49,238 bases of DNA from a virus (lineage: Duplodnaviria; Heunggongvirae; Uroviricota; Caudoviricetes): IMG/VR virus record IMGVR_UViG_2534681703_000016; one strand, 5' to 3'. The position numbers and the translations under genes were made by a program. This document shows positions 11,794-21,768 of the stretch, in pieces (the stretch's first letter is position 1; the number at the start of each line of letters is the position of its first letter). The notes under the pieces are model-generated. The model was not told where the DNA came from. It saw only the letters and a program-made list of their open reading frames with translations, and searched no databases.

Positions 11794-12218
11794 CAGATAA
11801 ACCCCTTCTGTTTTCGTGAAAAAACAGGTGGATCAGACTGAATCTGCACAAGATCCTCTCCCTCCGGAGAGGCTGCCGTCCTGCTTTCCACACCCGGATC
11901 TGTTTTGCCATCACGTACCTGTTCCAGCCAGCGCACCGTGTCCCTGTAAGTTGCGGTGATCTGCTCGGTGGGTTGTGATTCATTCAGATAAAACCAGGCC
12001 ACCACGCAACACTGCCGTTTCAGCAGTGAGGGGACGACGGTAAGCGGCAGAACAAAGCGCGCGGCGAGATAGCCATCAATAAAGGCCGAGGCATCTGCCA
12101 GTGCCTGTTCTGCCACGGCATCATCCGGCTGCCCGTCCGCTGTTTTAGGGCGGGTGAGAATATCCAGCCGCGTACGTGTATAGCGGGCGCACAGGTCATT
12201 TACCGTCGCGTAATTCAT
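11793..12218 (-). CDS. head-tail region protein (Mu gp36-like by position)
   Basis: 141-aa ORF, ATGA coupling to neighbours. Confidence 0.5.
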   Translation of the reverse strand: MNYATVNDLCARYTRTRLDILTRPKTADGQPDDAVAEQALADASAFIDGYLAARFVLPLTVVPSLLKRQCCVVAWFYLNESQPTEQITATYRDTVRWLEQVRDGKTDPGVESRTAASPEGEDLVQIQSDPPVFSRKQKGFI

Positions 12219-12625
12219 GCATCCGCCTCAGCCAGCGCCGCTTTGATTTGCGCACTGCTCACCGGTTCCCCCAGCGCCGCACTGACGGCTTTCACTTTGG
12301 GTTCTCCCCCTGCGGTAAAGTGTTCCGGGTTTGCCTTATCCAGACCGGCAAGGGTCGCACGGATACGGGCGTTCAGATCGCCCACACCCAGAACGTCCAG
12401 CCCCCCAGCCTCAGCGAGCGTTTCTGCTGACGATGCAGATACCACAGACAGCACGCTGTCGGCACGAATGATCGCCAGTTGTTCTTCGGTGACTTCCACG
12501 GTGTTTTCGCCACGTGTAAAGGCGATTCCGGCGCGGCGGTAGACCGGACGAAGGCATTTAATAATCGCCGTGCAAGTGATGCGAGAAGTGTCCAGCCGTT
12601 GTGAATTAAGCGAAGTCCCTGACAT
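12215..12625 (-). CDS. head protein (Mu gp35-like by position)
   Basis: 136-aa ORF following major capsid gene. Confidence 0.5.
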   Translation of the reverse strand: MSGTSLNSQRLDTSRITCTAIIKCLRPVYRRAGIAFTRGENTVEVTEEQLAIIRADSVLSVVSASSAETLAEAGGLDVLGVGDLNARIRATLAGLDKANPEHFTAGGEPKVKAVSAALGEPVSSAQIKAALAEADA

Positions 12626-12691
12626 AACACATGCTCCTCCTTTTCCTTTATATCAGGTTAAAAGGCGGTCTGAACCGCCTTTTAATGACGG

Positions 12692-13609
12692 TTACAGGTA
12701 GTCAGCGACAACCAGTTGCAGCTTGCCCTTCATCTCGTTGGAGACGGTGGTATTGCCATCCGCGAACAGTTCACGGTTAAGCAGTTGCTCTGCGGCTTTT
12801 TCCAGCCCGACCGGTACAACGATATGCGTCGGCTTCAGGCCCAGCTTCTTACCGCCATCACCTTCAAAAGAGCGCATCAGTTGCCAGCCCTTCCAGAGGT
12901 TATCCAGCGTCAGATCGCCTTTTACCGCGACAGCCATCTGCCAGAAGCCGTAACCGGCAGCACGCCGGGCGCTGGCACCAAACAGGAACTCGTTATCCAT
13001 AAAAACGTGGTCGTCATCGATACGGGTACGTGCGACCAGTTCGGGTTTGCGGCGCTCCTGGAAAATCAGCGGTTTGACTGCGCGGGAGCAGTCCAGCAGA
13101 TAGAACGGCAGACCACTGAAGCTGTCCTGTTCAACGATGTTAGAGGTATTCTTTACGTCGCCCGTGCCGTCCACATTCGGATATACCGGATGCTCCTTGT
13201 CGAAGAAGTTCTGACCGTCATAGCAGTGCTGGGTAAAGCCATCTTTCAGAAGTTTAAAAATCAGCTCATCCGGCTGAACTGCCGCAGAACGCCCCATCTC
13301 CTGAAAAATCGGCGCATAAATACCCAGATTGTCATCCTCGAAGTCATCACGGGAAATACCCACGGTGCCTTCAAACGTTTTATTGGCGATGGAGTAGCCA
13401 TGCGCTTGCATTTGCTGAATGGTTCGCTTACCCACCCATTCTTTCAGGGTCGGGAATTTACCCAGCCAGCCATAGGTATTGCTGCGGGTGGAAGAGTTCA
13501 CCGCCATTGCAATTCTGCTGTACTGCGACGGGGCGTCTTCAAGACCGCCCTGAAAATCCTTACGCCAGGAGGTCATCAGGGCTTTAATGGATGCCGGGGT
13601 GACAATCAT
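12692..13609 (-). CDS. T: major capsid protein (Mu T-like)
   Basis: 305-aa ORF downstream of protease/scaffold gene; size and position of Mu major head subunit. Confidence 0.85.
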   Translation of the reverse strand: MIVTPASIKALMTSWRKDFQGGLEDAPSQYSRIAMAVNSSTRSNTYGWLGKFPTLKEWVGKRTIQQMQAHGYSIANKTFEGTVGISRDDFEDDNLGIYAPIFQEMGRSAAVQPDELIFKLLKDGFTQHCYDGQNFFDKEHPVYPNVDGTGDVKNTSNIVEQDSFSGLPFYLLDCSRAVKPLIFQERRKPELVARTRIDDDHVFMDNEFLFGASARRAAGYGFWQMAVAVKGDLTLDNLWKGWQLMRSFEGDGGKKLGLKPTHIVVPVGLEKAAEQLLNRELFADGNTTVSNEMKGKLQLVVADYL

Positions 13610-14691
13610 TTTTCTTGTTCCTGTTTCATTTTCAGATACTCAGCCTCAGTAATGCCGAGCGCCTTCACTGCTGCCTGTTCATCAGCAGACAGCACCGCCA
13701 CCGCCGGTTTTTCCTGTGACGGTTTTTTCGCTGTGGTGGTCTGCATGGCAGATAACGCAGCGATGGGCTGTTTTTCCTCAAGCTGTGCCGACAGTGCCGC
13801 CACGCCAATCTGACCGCCAAGCTGTTCCAGGTAAGTGCGTTCGCTTTTGAAAATGCGGCCTTCCTGTTCCGCCTTGTCCAGAACGGCGCTCAGGCTGGCT
13901 GCGGCGCTTTGTGCAGTCGCCTGTGCCAGTTCATCACGCAGGGCGTTGTAGCTTTCCACCGGGACGTATTTCGTCAGGTCAACGGCGGCTTTCTGTGCCT
14001 TTTCCAGTTCGGCGGATAACGACGCCACTTTTCCGGCATCTGTTTCGAGTGCATCAAGCGCACTCAGGGCCGCACTGGCCTGTTCATCGGTGATGTCTGC
14101 ATTTTCGGGGACCGTCACTCCAAGACGCGCAAGCAGCTTGCGCAGCGTTTCATTCATGGGTTTGTTCTCCTGTTGAAGGATGTCGGGAAGGTCTGCCGCC
14201 AGTGCGGTCAGCTTTTTCATGCCGGTGGCACCGGGGTCATTGGTCAGCGCAGCAAGGCGGATTTGCAGCACCGCACCGGTGGCGGTGTCATACGGAAAAA
14301 CCGCAGAGAGATAACCAAATTCGCCGTCATCGATGCGCTGCTGCGCCGCCGCCGTCCAGCGTGGGTGGATAAATAATCCTTCACCTTCACGCCACTGCAT
14401 TTCATCGGCGTTAAACCAGCCAGCCGCGACGAGTTGTTCCGGGGGTAATCCTTTGTCCTTACGTAGCTGGTTATGCTCGTAATCAATCAGTACGTCCTGG
14501 TTGAGCGCGCGAACGCCTTCAACCAGACGCCCGGCAATCTCACCGTCGATGAACCACCCCTGACCACCTGTCACATCAAACGGGCGACCATCACGGGCAC
14601 TGAAATGACCGGCAGGCAATAGCTGGCACCAGCCGTCATCGTCAATGGACAGCGCACTCAGTGCGGCAATGCCAATCGCGTGTTTTTTCAT
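13606..14691 (-). CDS. I: head protease/scaffold protein (Mu I-like)
   Basis: 361-aa ORF with Ala/Gln-rich coiled C-terminal half (scaffold-like), immediately upstream of capsid gene. Confidence 0.75.
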   Translation of the reverse strand: MKKHAIGIAALSALSIDDDGWCQLLPAGHFSARDGRPFDVTGGQGWFIDGEIAGRLVEGVRALNQDVLIDYEHNQLRKDKGLPPEQLVAAGWFNADEMQWREGEGLFIHPRWTAAAQQRIDDGEFGYLSAVFPYDTATGAVLQIRLAALTNDPGATGMKKLTALAADLPDILQQENKPMNETLRKLLARLGVTVPENADITDEQASAALSALDALETDAGKVASLSAELEKAQKAAVDLTKYVPVESYNALRDELAQATAQSAAASLSAVLDKAEQEGRIFKSERTYLEQLGGQIGVAALSAQLEEKQPIAALSAMQTTTAKKPSQEKPAVAVLSADEQAAVKALGITEAEYLKMKQEQEK

Positions 14692-14887
14692 GTCCTGCTG
14701 CTCATCATGGTTTGTGAGCAGTCAGTTTGCGGGAGGTGCGGGAAAATCTGGGGTTATGCTATTTGAGTACTGGAGAAAGAAAGTGGAAGGAAGATAAAAC
14801 GGGATTCATACACCGTTAAATACCGGTTTAAAAATCCCGTGGCGCGTTTTAAAAAATCTGTGCAGCTGATTTTATGCCTGATTCTGT
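14692..14887. other. 196-bp non-coding gap between G and I homologues at the centre of the prophage (position of the Mu strong gyrase site)
   Basis: no ORF over 16 codons on either strand in an otherwise tightly packed late operon; in Mu the strong gyrase site lies between G and I. Confidence 0.35.
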
Positions 14888-15358
14888 TTATTGCCTCAGA
14901 GCGGCGCTGACGCGTTTTCTGATGGCATCAAAAATTTCCTGTTCCCCGGTCTTATCCAGCCCCATATAAGGACGCGCAGGAACGCCTGCCGGGCGGGGTG
15001 CCATATCGGGTGTACCGCCCCACTGATGAATGGCAGCATAAATTTTTGGCGAACCAATCAGGGCATAATCCTGTCCATAATCGGTGGTAATACTGCGTGC
15101 CAGATCGCCATGCAGGGTAAGAATACTGCCCGGAACAAAACCATGATCCTGACGCCATGCCTGCCACGAATCGCTCCATGCTTCCCAGCCTTTCCCTGTA
15201 TCCGGATCTGCCTGCCGTTCAAATGCCTGTTCCGTGGATGACAGCAGCGCCGCAGACATCACACGGGGAATGGCGCGGTCACGTGTGACGGTTCCCAGTT
15301 CATCCAGCGCAAGCTGAATACGTCGCACATCCACGGCAACGTTCATATCAAGACTCAC
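14888..15358 (-). CDS. G: virion morphogenesis protein (Mu G-like)
   Basis: 156-aa ORF between F-like and I-like genes. Confidence 0.7.
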   Translation of the reverse strand: MSLDMNVAVDVRRIQLALDELGTVTRDRAIPRVMSAALLSSTEQAFERQADPDTGKGWEAWSDSWQAWRQDHGFVPGSILTLHGDLARSITTDYGQDYALIGSPKIYAAIHQWGGTPDMAPRPAGVPARPYMGLDKTGEQEIFDAIRKRVSAALRQ

Positions 15359-16674
15359 TTATTCACCTCCACATGCCCCTCCAGTACGTCAATCATCCCG
15401 TCAGCAATCGCGGCTTCAAGCGACTGTGCAGATACGCGGCTGATACTGACCAGCACATCCGCCCGGTCATTCTGTTTGCTGACAGCCTGCGATGTTCTGA
15501 CCACAACTTTTGCAGTGCCGTCGCGGGTTGCCACAACATACAGCAACTGGTGGTTCTCCCTGTCCCACAATACCGCCTGTGGTTTTGCCATCAGCGACGG
15601 CAGACGCTGTAAATCTTCCGGTTTCAGGGCGGCATCAGCAGTGGTCGCCAGACTTTTCCCGTTCATCACAAGCAGACGGGCTGGCATATTCCCGGTGCGC
15701 TGATGTACGGCTTCAGCCACGGATCCCGTCATAAAACCCAGCGCCCGGATTTCATGACCGGTCTGACGTGATCCTGCCAGGCGTTTAAGCCAGAGGGAAA
15801 AAGCAAGCTGACGCTCCCGGCTGTTATTCAGCGTCTGCACAACCTGCTCACGCAGCTGCGCGTCGTGAATTTCCACCAGTTTTCGAATCAGTGCCTGATC
15901 CGTACCAAATGCTGCCGAACCGGGGTTATATGACCAGCCCACATCCGGCGTCATTTTTACCTGACCGTTGTCAAACGTGGTTGACGATGTGCGGAAAATC
16001 TCGCCGGTGCTTTCATCCGTACCGGCATCCACTTCGCGGGTATTCATGAATGACGCACCATAACTGACCTGTAGCCCCAGTTCTTTCATGCGGGCCGCAG
16101 ACAGCGCCCGGACGCGACAGCGGCAGCGCCAGCCGTTCGGCGGGTAATGCGTCTGCCAGAAAATGTCGTCATACCGGAAAACCACATTGTGCAGCCGCGC
16201 ATGTTCCGGGCGCGTTCTGCTGTCCATAACGGCGACATACTGCCAGTACGGATACAGGTCCGCCGTGTTCATCATCTGCGCATAACGTCCCGCCGCATAT
16301 GCTGTACGGGTGTTGACGTCATAAATGGTTGCCAGACGACGCGGACTGCCCAGCTCAATTTTCTTCGCGTTTCCGTCTGTATCCACGATGATTTGTTTTC
16401 CCCACCATCCGAGTTTTTGCAGCCGGGGGGCCAGTGTGCGGGTAAATTCCTCACGGGTGATACCTTCACTGACAGCCCGCTCCACTTCCTCACGGATTGT
16501 GGTCAGTACATCCATCCGGGTGGCTTTGGCAACGGTAAAGGCGCGGGCGTGCGCGTCTGCCAGTTGTTCGTACCAGTTCCAGGTGATGTTGTAGCCTTTG
16601 GCGCGGAAATACGCGACAGCCTCCTTTGGCGGGAGGCGTGCGGCATACGCCAGATCAATGGTCTGCTGCGGCAT
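15355..16674 (-). CDS. F: head morphogenesis protein (Mu F-like)
   Basis: ORF 15355..16710; internal ATG at 16674 preceded by GGGGG gives a 20-nt overlap with the portal gene. Confidence 0.75.
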   Translation of the reverse strand: MPQQTIDLAYAARLPPKEAVAYFRAKGYNITWNWYEQLADAHARAFTVAKATRMDVLTTIREEVERAVSEGITREEFTRTLAPRLQKLGWWGKQIIVDTDGNAKKIELGSPRRLATIYDVNTRTAYAAGRYAQMMNTADLYPYWQYVAVMDSRTRPEHARLHNVVFRYDDIFWQTHYPPNGWRCRCRVRALSAARMKELGLQVSYGASFMNTREVDAGTDESTGEIFRTSSTTFDNGQVKMTPDVGWSYNPGSAAFGTDQALIRKLVEIHDAQLREQVVQTLNNSRERQLAFSLWLKRLAGSRQTGHEIRALGFMTGSVAEAVHQRTGNMPARLLVMNGKSLATTADAALKPEDLQRLPSLMAKPQAVLWDRENHQLLYVVATRDGTAKVVVRTSQAVSKQNDRADVLVSISRVSAQSLEAAIADGMIDVLEGHVEVNK

Positions 16675-18193
16675 CCAGACGCCCCCATATATCGGCAACA
16701 AAAATGGCACGGGTCAGCATGTCGATAAGTTCTGCATCATCCATCTGCGGATATAATGAAGCGGCTTTGTTCATGGCGGCTTCCGGGCCATCTTTCAGCA
16801 CAGAAAAAATGACGGGTTTCAGCAGGGGATCAACCGAACGCTGCCAGTCTTCCGGTGACACGCCCATCCGGTCGATATCATCCTCCTGCGGGATATCTTC
16901 AGCGGATAATGCGGCTTCTTTCTGCGGACCGTTATCCGGGACAACCGGTTGAGCAGTAAACACGGCTTCGTCACCGACCGGCTGTGGAATATGGAGTTTT
17001 TCCTGTATCCAGGAGACCGGAATACGCATTCCCGCCGCCAGTTTCGGAATGGCGTCAGACAGTGCCGTAATATCACCCGCTTCACTGGTATCAAACACAA
17101 TGCCCGGCAGGCGGTTAATATCAATGGTGCTGTCACTGTTCAGTGCCAGCAGGGGATAAATCAGGTCACGGTTAATACTGCGGGCAAGCTGGCCCACATC
17201 CGCGTTACGGATTTCCCGGCGAACCTCATCATGCACTTCACCCAGCGACCGTGCACCTTTATCGCCGGCCTCTGTGGTCAGGGTGCCGCCCAGAATGGCT
17301 TTTGAAATCGCTTTTTCTGCCCAGCCAATCATCGCCATAAAGGGGTCTGACTGACCATCTGCGGCGCTCTGAAAATCCAGCGTCATCCCCATCGGAATAA
17401 TGCCACCGGCACGTCGCCCGATATCCATCACGGCCTGCATCAGCGTGGCTTTCTCACGGTTCGTGGAGCCGGTCGGATATTTACCGACGCGCATGGGGAG
17501 TCCGTAAATTTCCAGAAACTCTGCAAAATCACGCACGGAATAGTTTTTAAAAATAAAAGGCCAGATAAGCGTGCGCACAAGGCCATTGGTGCCAACGTAC
17601 CCGGTGCGGGATTTGGCCCGGTGCATAAACCAGCCGAACGGTTGCAGCTCCAGCCCGTGATAAGACGCATCACACAGGCGTAATTCGTTCAGATTGTCGG
17701 GGTTCGCACAGAACAGCGCCGGATCGCGATGATGCAGCGCCACCGGCACGCGCATTTTGCCCAGCCATCCCCATTCAATCTCCTGCATGGAATAACCCTT
17801 GAGAATGGCATCACCGGCATCAAACAGGGCATCTTCAAACCACGCCGCATCATGCAGATATTCATTCAGCATGTCGGCGTCTTTTTTCTCCTGTGCGCTG
17901 GCATCACGTGCCGGAGCGATGCGCCATTCCAGCGCCTGAATGGCAAGCCGGCGTTTGCTCAGTTCGGAAAAAAGGTGGGTGTCCTTTTCTTCCATATCAA
18001 AGGCCAGGTCAGCCTGTGCGGTCAGATCACCGCGTTCGGCATCACGCAGCATCTGCGCGGCCCGGTTCGGCGTCACACCACTGGAAGGATGCTCCTGCGT
18101 ACGCTTCATGACCATTGCCAGCTCATCGCTGCGGGTCTGCATTTCATCGTCAAAATCAAACGGCTGCCCGGAAATATCCAGAATACGGCCCAT
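16655..18193 (-). CDS. H: portal protein (Mu H-like)
   Basis: 512-aa ORF directly after large terminase gene; size typical of Mu-type portal. Confidence 0.8.
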   Translation of the reverse strand: MGRILDISGQPFDFDDEMQTRSDELAMVMKRTQEHPSSGVTPNRAAQMLRDAERGDLTAQADLAFDMEEKDTHLFSELSKRRLAIQALEWRIAPARDASAQEKKDADMLNEYLHDAAWFEDALFDAGDAILKGYSMQEIEWGWLGKMRVPVALHHRDPALFCANPDNLNELRLCDASYHGLELQPFGWFMHRAKSRTGYVGTNGLVRTLIWPFIFKNYSVRDFAEFLEIYGLPMRVGKYPTGSTNREKATLMQAVMDIGRRAGGIIPMGMTLDFQSAADGQSDPFMAMIGWAEKAISKAILGGTLTTEAGDKGARSLGEVHDEVRREIRNADVGQLARSINRDLIYPLLALNSDSTIDINRLPGIVFDTSEAGDITALSDAIPKLAAGMRIPVSWIQEKLHIPQPVGDEAVFTAQPVVPDNGPQKEAALSAEDIPQEDDIDRMGVSPEDWQRSVDPLLKPVIFSVLKDGPEAAMNKAASLYPQMDDAELIDMLTRAIFVADIWGRLDAAADH

Positions 18194-19848
18194 TACCAGC
18201 CCCCTCGTTCAAACTGGTGATAATCATCAAAATCATCGTTATCAACATCATCACCACGGTGGCGTGGTGGTAGCGGACGAACGCTGTCCTCGTCGATAAC
18301 AAAACCATTCATATAAGACGCCCTGACAGCCATACAGAGCGCCACGGCAAAGTCGCCATGTCGTCGGCCTTTACCACCTTCATCTTTTGTGCGCCCCTTA
18401 TCAATCTGCGGAATACCTTTGTCCACCTTGATGTGGAGCAGGTCATCAAGTGTGGTCTGGTGCCGGGCAATCGTGATGTTCTGCGCCTCAAACTCGCCTT
18501 TCAGTTTGGGCATCCACTCCTGATACCAGGATGCGGTCAGATTCACACAGTCGATCATCTCCGGGCCATAAATCAGACGGGCGGCTTCTGCCAGATAACC
18601 GCCGTTACCGGTGGCATCAAATGCAGCGCCGGTAAAACGGGGCAAACGGGACAGAATGAATAAAAGGATTTGTCGCTGCTGGTCATAGGTCACATTACGC
18701 AGCTCCACGCGGAAACATTCGCGTTTGCGTAAGTCAGGCGTGATGGCAAGCGGCACAAACACCGTCAGGTCGCCACGGCGTGCAAAGTCTTCGCCCAGTA
18801 CGTGTTTATTGAGCGGCGACAGCGCATCGAGCAACGGGAGCAGCTCCTGTTCACACCAGTCCTGAACGATGCCGTGGCGCATTTGTGGTGTCAGCGATTC
18901 AAAATCGTCCGGGGCTTCAAAACGCAGAACCGGGATATCCCGCGCGGGTGTCATGGCAGCTTCAATCAGCACGCGTGACAGATAAGCGCCCCCGGATTTT
19001 TTAGGAATGCAGCCGTATTCCTCGTCGGCGCTCTCTTTATTCGGCGCATTCCGGTACAGGCCATCACGCCAGGCTTTTTCCGCTTCCGGCGACCACGGCT
19101 GATTCGTGACGTAACAGATACGCCGGTACAACCCGTCAGCGATGGCATCATCCAGCGTGATGCGGTGAACGCTGTAATCCTTGCGCCCCTCGCGCGCATC
19201 CTGAATGTACTGGTTAAACAGGTTATCGACGCCGTTATGTGTCGATATGATGCGCACGCTGGCACCCCACATGTTTAGTGCAAAGGCCGCTTTCAGCAGT
19301 TCGTCCAGGGCTTCATGGAATGCCGCCTCATCAATCACCACGTCCCCCTGCAAACCACGCAGGTTAGACGGACGGCTTGACAGCGCCTGTATCTTAAATC
19401 CGCTGTTCGGAAAGCGGATCATGTAGGTGAGGATTTCTTCTTTTTTGTCGCTGTCCCAGAAGGTCTGCTCCCAGACGTCAGCCTTTGCCAGCTGGTTAAA
19501 GGCGCGGGCAAACAGGGCACAGGCGGCGATGTATTCCAGCGCCATTTCCTGACGGGAACCCACATAAAAGACGTTGCGACCACCGCGACGCTTCGGCTTT
19601 GCGGCCGTCATGACATTGCGGCCCGCTTCAGCCCATGTCAGACCGGTACGACGGGATTTTTCAGCGATGCAAATCTGGCTTTCATCCTCAAACCAGCGGC
19701 GCTGATAGCCCAGAAAAACCGGTTCATTGCGGGGCTGTGCTTCCCCGATATCGGTCACGATATTCACGCCGAGCAGTCCGGCTTCCTCACGCAGGTTGAT
19801 TTTGCGGGGCGCATGAAGGGCTTTAAGATTGTTTTCTCTGGTGTTCAT
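18193..19848 (-). CDS. terminase large subunit
   Basis: ORF 18193..20040; start reassigned to ATG at 19846-19848 (MNTRENN...) with GAGAGGG RBS, just after the stop of the upstream gene. Confidence 0.8.
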   Translation of the reverse strand: MNTRENNLKALHAPRKINLREEAGLLGVNIVTDIGEAQPRNEPVFLGYQRRWFEDESQICIAEKSRRTGLTWAEAGRNVMTAAKPKRRGGRNVFYVGSRQEMALEYIAACALFARAFNQLAKADVWEQTFWDSDKKEEILTYMIRFPNSGFKIQALSSRPSNLRGLQGDVVIDEAAFHEALDELLKAAFALNMWGASVRIISTHNGVDNLFNQYIQDAREGRKDYSVHRITLDDAIADGLYRRICYVTNQPWSPEAEKAWRDGLYRNAPNKESADEEYGCIPKKSGGAYLSRVLIEAAMTPARDIPVLRFEAPDDFESLTPQMRHGIVQDWCEQELLPLLDALSPLNKHVLGEDFARRGDLTVFVPLAITPDLRKRECFRVELRNVTYDQQRQILLFILSRLPRFTGAAFDATGNGGYLAEAARLIYGPEMIDCVNLTASWYQEWMPKLKGEFEAQNITIARHQTTLDDLLHIKVDKGIPQIDKGRTKDEGGKGRRHGDFAVALCMAVRASYMNGFVIDEDSVRPLPPRHRGDDVDNDDFDDYHQFERGGW

Positions 19849-19855
19849 AACCCTC

Positions 19856-20446
19856 TCATGCCTTACCCAGCAGCACATCACGGATACGCTGCTCCAGCTC
19901 TTCGCTGATGCCATCCTGCCCGCGCAGTTCTTCACTGACGGCGTTTGCCGCTTCTTCTGCGAATGCCTGGCGGATTTCTTTCTCGCGCCGGTGGCTGGAC
20001 ATTGCCGTGGATTCCAGACGCTGTGCCGCCAGCATGGCATTTTTCAGCAGGTCAATATCCACGTCAGATTCCGGGTTTTCGATTTGCCGCATCATGGCCT
20101 TAAAAAGCTGGCTGCGGGCCATTTCCAGAATCAGCTTTGTGGTTTCTCCCATTGGCTTGTCGCCAAGTTCTGCGGTCAGTGCTGACGTCATTTCACGCAT
20201 CTGTCGCAGGTTATGGCCTACCTGCTCGACGTTCGTCGCGTAACGGTTCAGACCGGAACGGGAGAGTTTCATCTCATCCGGCAGGCCTGCGTCTTCAATC
20301 AGTGCGTTAATTTCTTCCAGAATGCGGGCCTGTGGGATCGCTTTATCACGCAGCATTTCATGCAGCGTTTTACGTACGTTTTCCGGCAGTAAATCCACTT
20401 TTGAAGCCCGGCCCCGTGTTTTCCTGTCCATCACGCCTCCTGTCAT
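19856..20446 (-). CDS. terminase small subunit-like protein (Mu gp27 position)
   Basis: 196-aa ORF immediately upstream of large terminase. Confidence 0.55.
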   Translation of the reverse strand: MTGGVMDRKTRGRASKVDLLPENVRKTLHEMLRDKAIPQARILEEINALIEDAGLPDEMKLSRSGLNRYATNVEQVGHNLRQMREMTSALTAELGDKPMGETTKLILEMARSQLFKAMMRQIENPESDVDIDLLKNAMLAAQRLESTAMSSHRREKEIRQAFAEEAANAVSEELRGQDGISEELEQRIRDVLLGKA

Positions 20447-20733
20447 GCACGGGGACGAGGACGCTTGACACCGGCAACGCGGGCACGACCTTCTGCCACA
20501 TCCTGACCCCGGGAAGTCAGCGTTACGACATAAAAGCCGCGCAGGTTTTCCACGGTGACCAGTTGCTGCTCTGCCAGCCAGTCAATCTGGCCGCGAACCA
20601 CATCGCGGGAAACGTTGTGTCCGTATGCATCCAGACAGTCCTGAAGGATGGATTCGTTGGCTTCGTTATTGCAGTCCATCAGGGAACGCAGGATGACCAG
20701 ACGACGGTCTTCGGTCAGAATATCGTTAATCAT
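20443..20733 (-). CDS. small phage protein (Mu gp26 position)
   Basis: 96-aa ORF, ATGA coupled to neighbours. Confidence 0.45.
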   Translation of the reverse strand: MINDILTEDRRLVILRSLMDCNNEANESILQDCLDAYGHNVSRDVVRGQIDWLAEQQLVTVENLRGFYVVTLTSRGQDVAEGRARVAGVKRPRPRA

Positions 20734-21047
20734 GAATTACTCCGGTTTACTGCGTTTTCAAGCAGCAGCTCCAGTTGATGGGAAAATGACTGCACCCGCT
20801 GGGACAGCACCCGGATATCACCGGACAGCTCTGCAATTCGCAGGCGCATTTCGTGTACATCTTCTGTGCCGGGGATGCTGGCGTAGCGGGTTTCCATTTC
20901 GGTCATCCGGTTTTCAAGACGCTCCACACGCTCGGTGCTGGCAAAACTACGACGCATCGCCCAGACGGCCCCACCGGCCACAACAGGCAACAGGTAAGGC
21001 CATAACGCTAAAACTGAAATCAAATCCATTATTCTGCTCCACGGCAC
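20730..21047 (-). CDS. membrane protein (Mu gp25 position; candidate SAR-endolysin releasin)
   Basis: 105-aa ORF with N-terminal hydrophobic helix LISVLALWPYLLPVVAGGAVWAM and coiled C-terminus; lies in the lysis cassette. Confidence 0.5.
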   Translation of the reverse strand: MPWSRIMDLISVLALWPYLLPVVAGGAVWAMRRSFASTERVERLENRMTEMETRYASIPGTEDVHEMRLRIAELSGDIRVLSQRVQSFSHQLELLLENAVNRSNS

Positions 21048-21223
21048 CAGTGGCAGTAGTTCGCCATCGGCTGCTGTCTCAGCACATCAGGCCGCAGCTC
21101 ACGACCGCAACCGGCACACAATACAGGCGGGTCATACGCCGCCGGGCGGGGAATATCACGGGTATCCCCCTGCCAGAGTTCAGCGAGCAGCAGCGCCAGC
21201 GCCCGGTTCTGGTCTTCGTTCAT
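21029..21223 (-). CDS. DksA/TraR-type C4 zinc-finger protein
   Basis: 64-aa ORF with CAGCG...N17...CHWC motif. Confidence 0.6.
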   Translation of the reverse strand: MNEDQNRALALLLAELWQGDTRDIPRPAAYDPPVLCAGCGRELRPDVLRQQPMANYCHWCRGAE

Positions 21224-21521
21224 AAATTTCTTTCCTTCGGGTCTCCTGTTCCCGGACTGATGCCTTGTCGCGGTTGCACTGCCCGAGCGCCATCAACAGG
21301 TCAGCATTCCAGAGAAGGGATGCTCCCCACGTCAGGGGCTGTGGCATGGGCGGAACGGGCGTTGCTTCCGTCAGTTCTGCATCAGTTTCGGGCTGGAGCA
21401 CCACCGATGGCACGGGTGCGTTTTTCGAGTTCCCGCAACCTGTCAGCAGCAACGGCAGGCACAGGACGAGTGCTGCAATTGTCACCGGTAATGGCGGTTG
21501 TAATTTTTTGTTTTGCATCAT
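21180..21521 (-). CDS. o-spanin (outer-membrane lipoprotein), overlapping the i-spanin gene out of frame
   Basis: internal start MMQNKK... at 21521; signal peptide ending in lipobox LLTGC; 140-bp overlap with i-spanin ORF. Confidence 0.55.
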   Translation of the reverse strand: MMQNKKLQPPLPVTIAALVLCLPLLLTGCGNSKNAPVPSVVLQPETDAELTEATPVPPMPQPLTWGASLLWNADLLMALGQCNRDKASVREQETRRKEIYERRPEPGAGAAAR

Positions 21522-21768
21522 GATGTTCTGTCTCGTCTGCCAGCCGTGCGGCACGATTTGCGGCACGGATAGCGGAAAATACCTGCATCGTCTGTTCCTG
21601 ACCGTGTAACAACCATTCAGCAGTGTGGCGGGCCTGTTGCTCCGTCTGTAATTCACGGCGCAGCGTCTGGTTATCGTGGCGGGTGCTGTCCAGCCTGTGC
21701 CACAACACCCCGGACAGAACGGCGGCAAACACGGCAGCCAGCAGTAAACTTTTACTGGCGAAGGTCAT
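21382..21768 (-). CDS. i-spanin (Rz-like)
   Basis: 128-aa ORF with N-terminal TM helix and charged coiled periplasmic part, immediately after endolysin gene. Confidence 0.55.
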   Translation of the reverse strand: MTFASKSLLLAAVFAAVLSGVLWHRLDSTRHDNQTLRRELQTEQQARHTAEWLLHGQEQTMQVFSAIRAANRAARLADETEHHDAKQKITTAITGDNCSTRPVPAVAADRLRELEKRTRAIGGAPARN

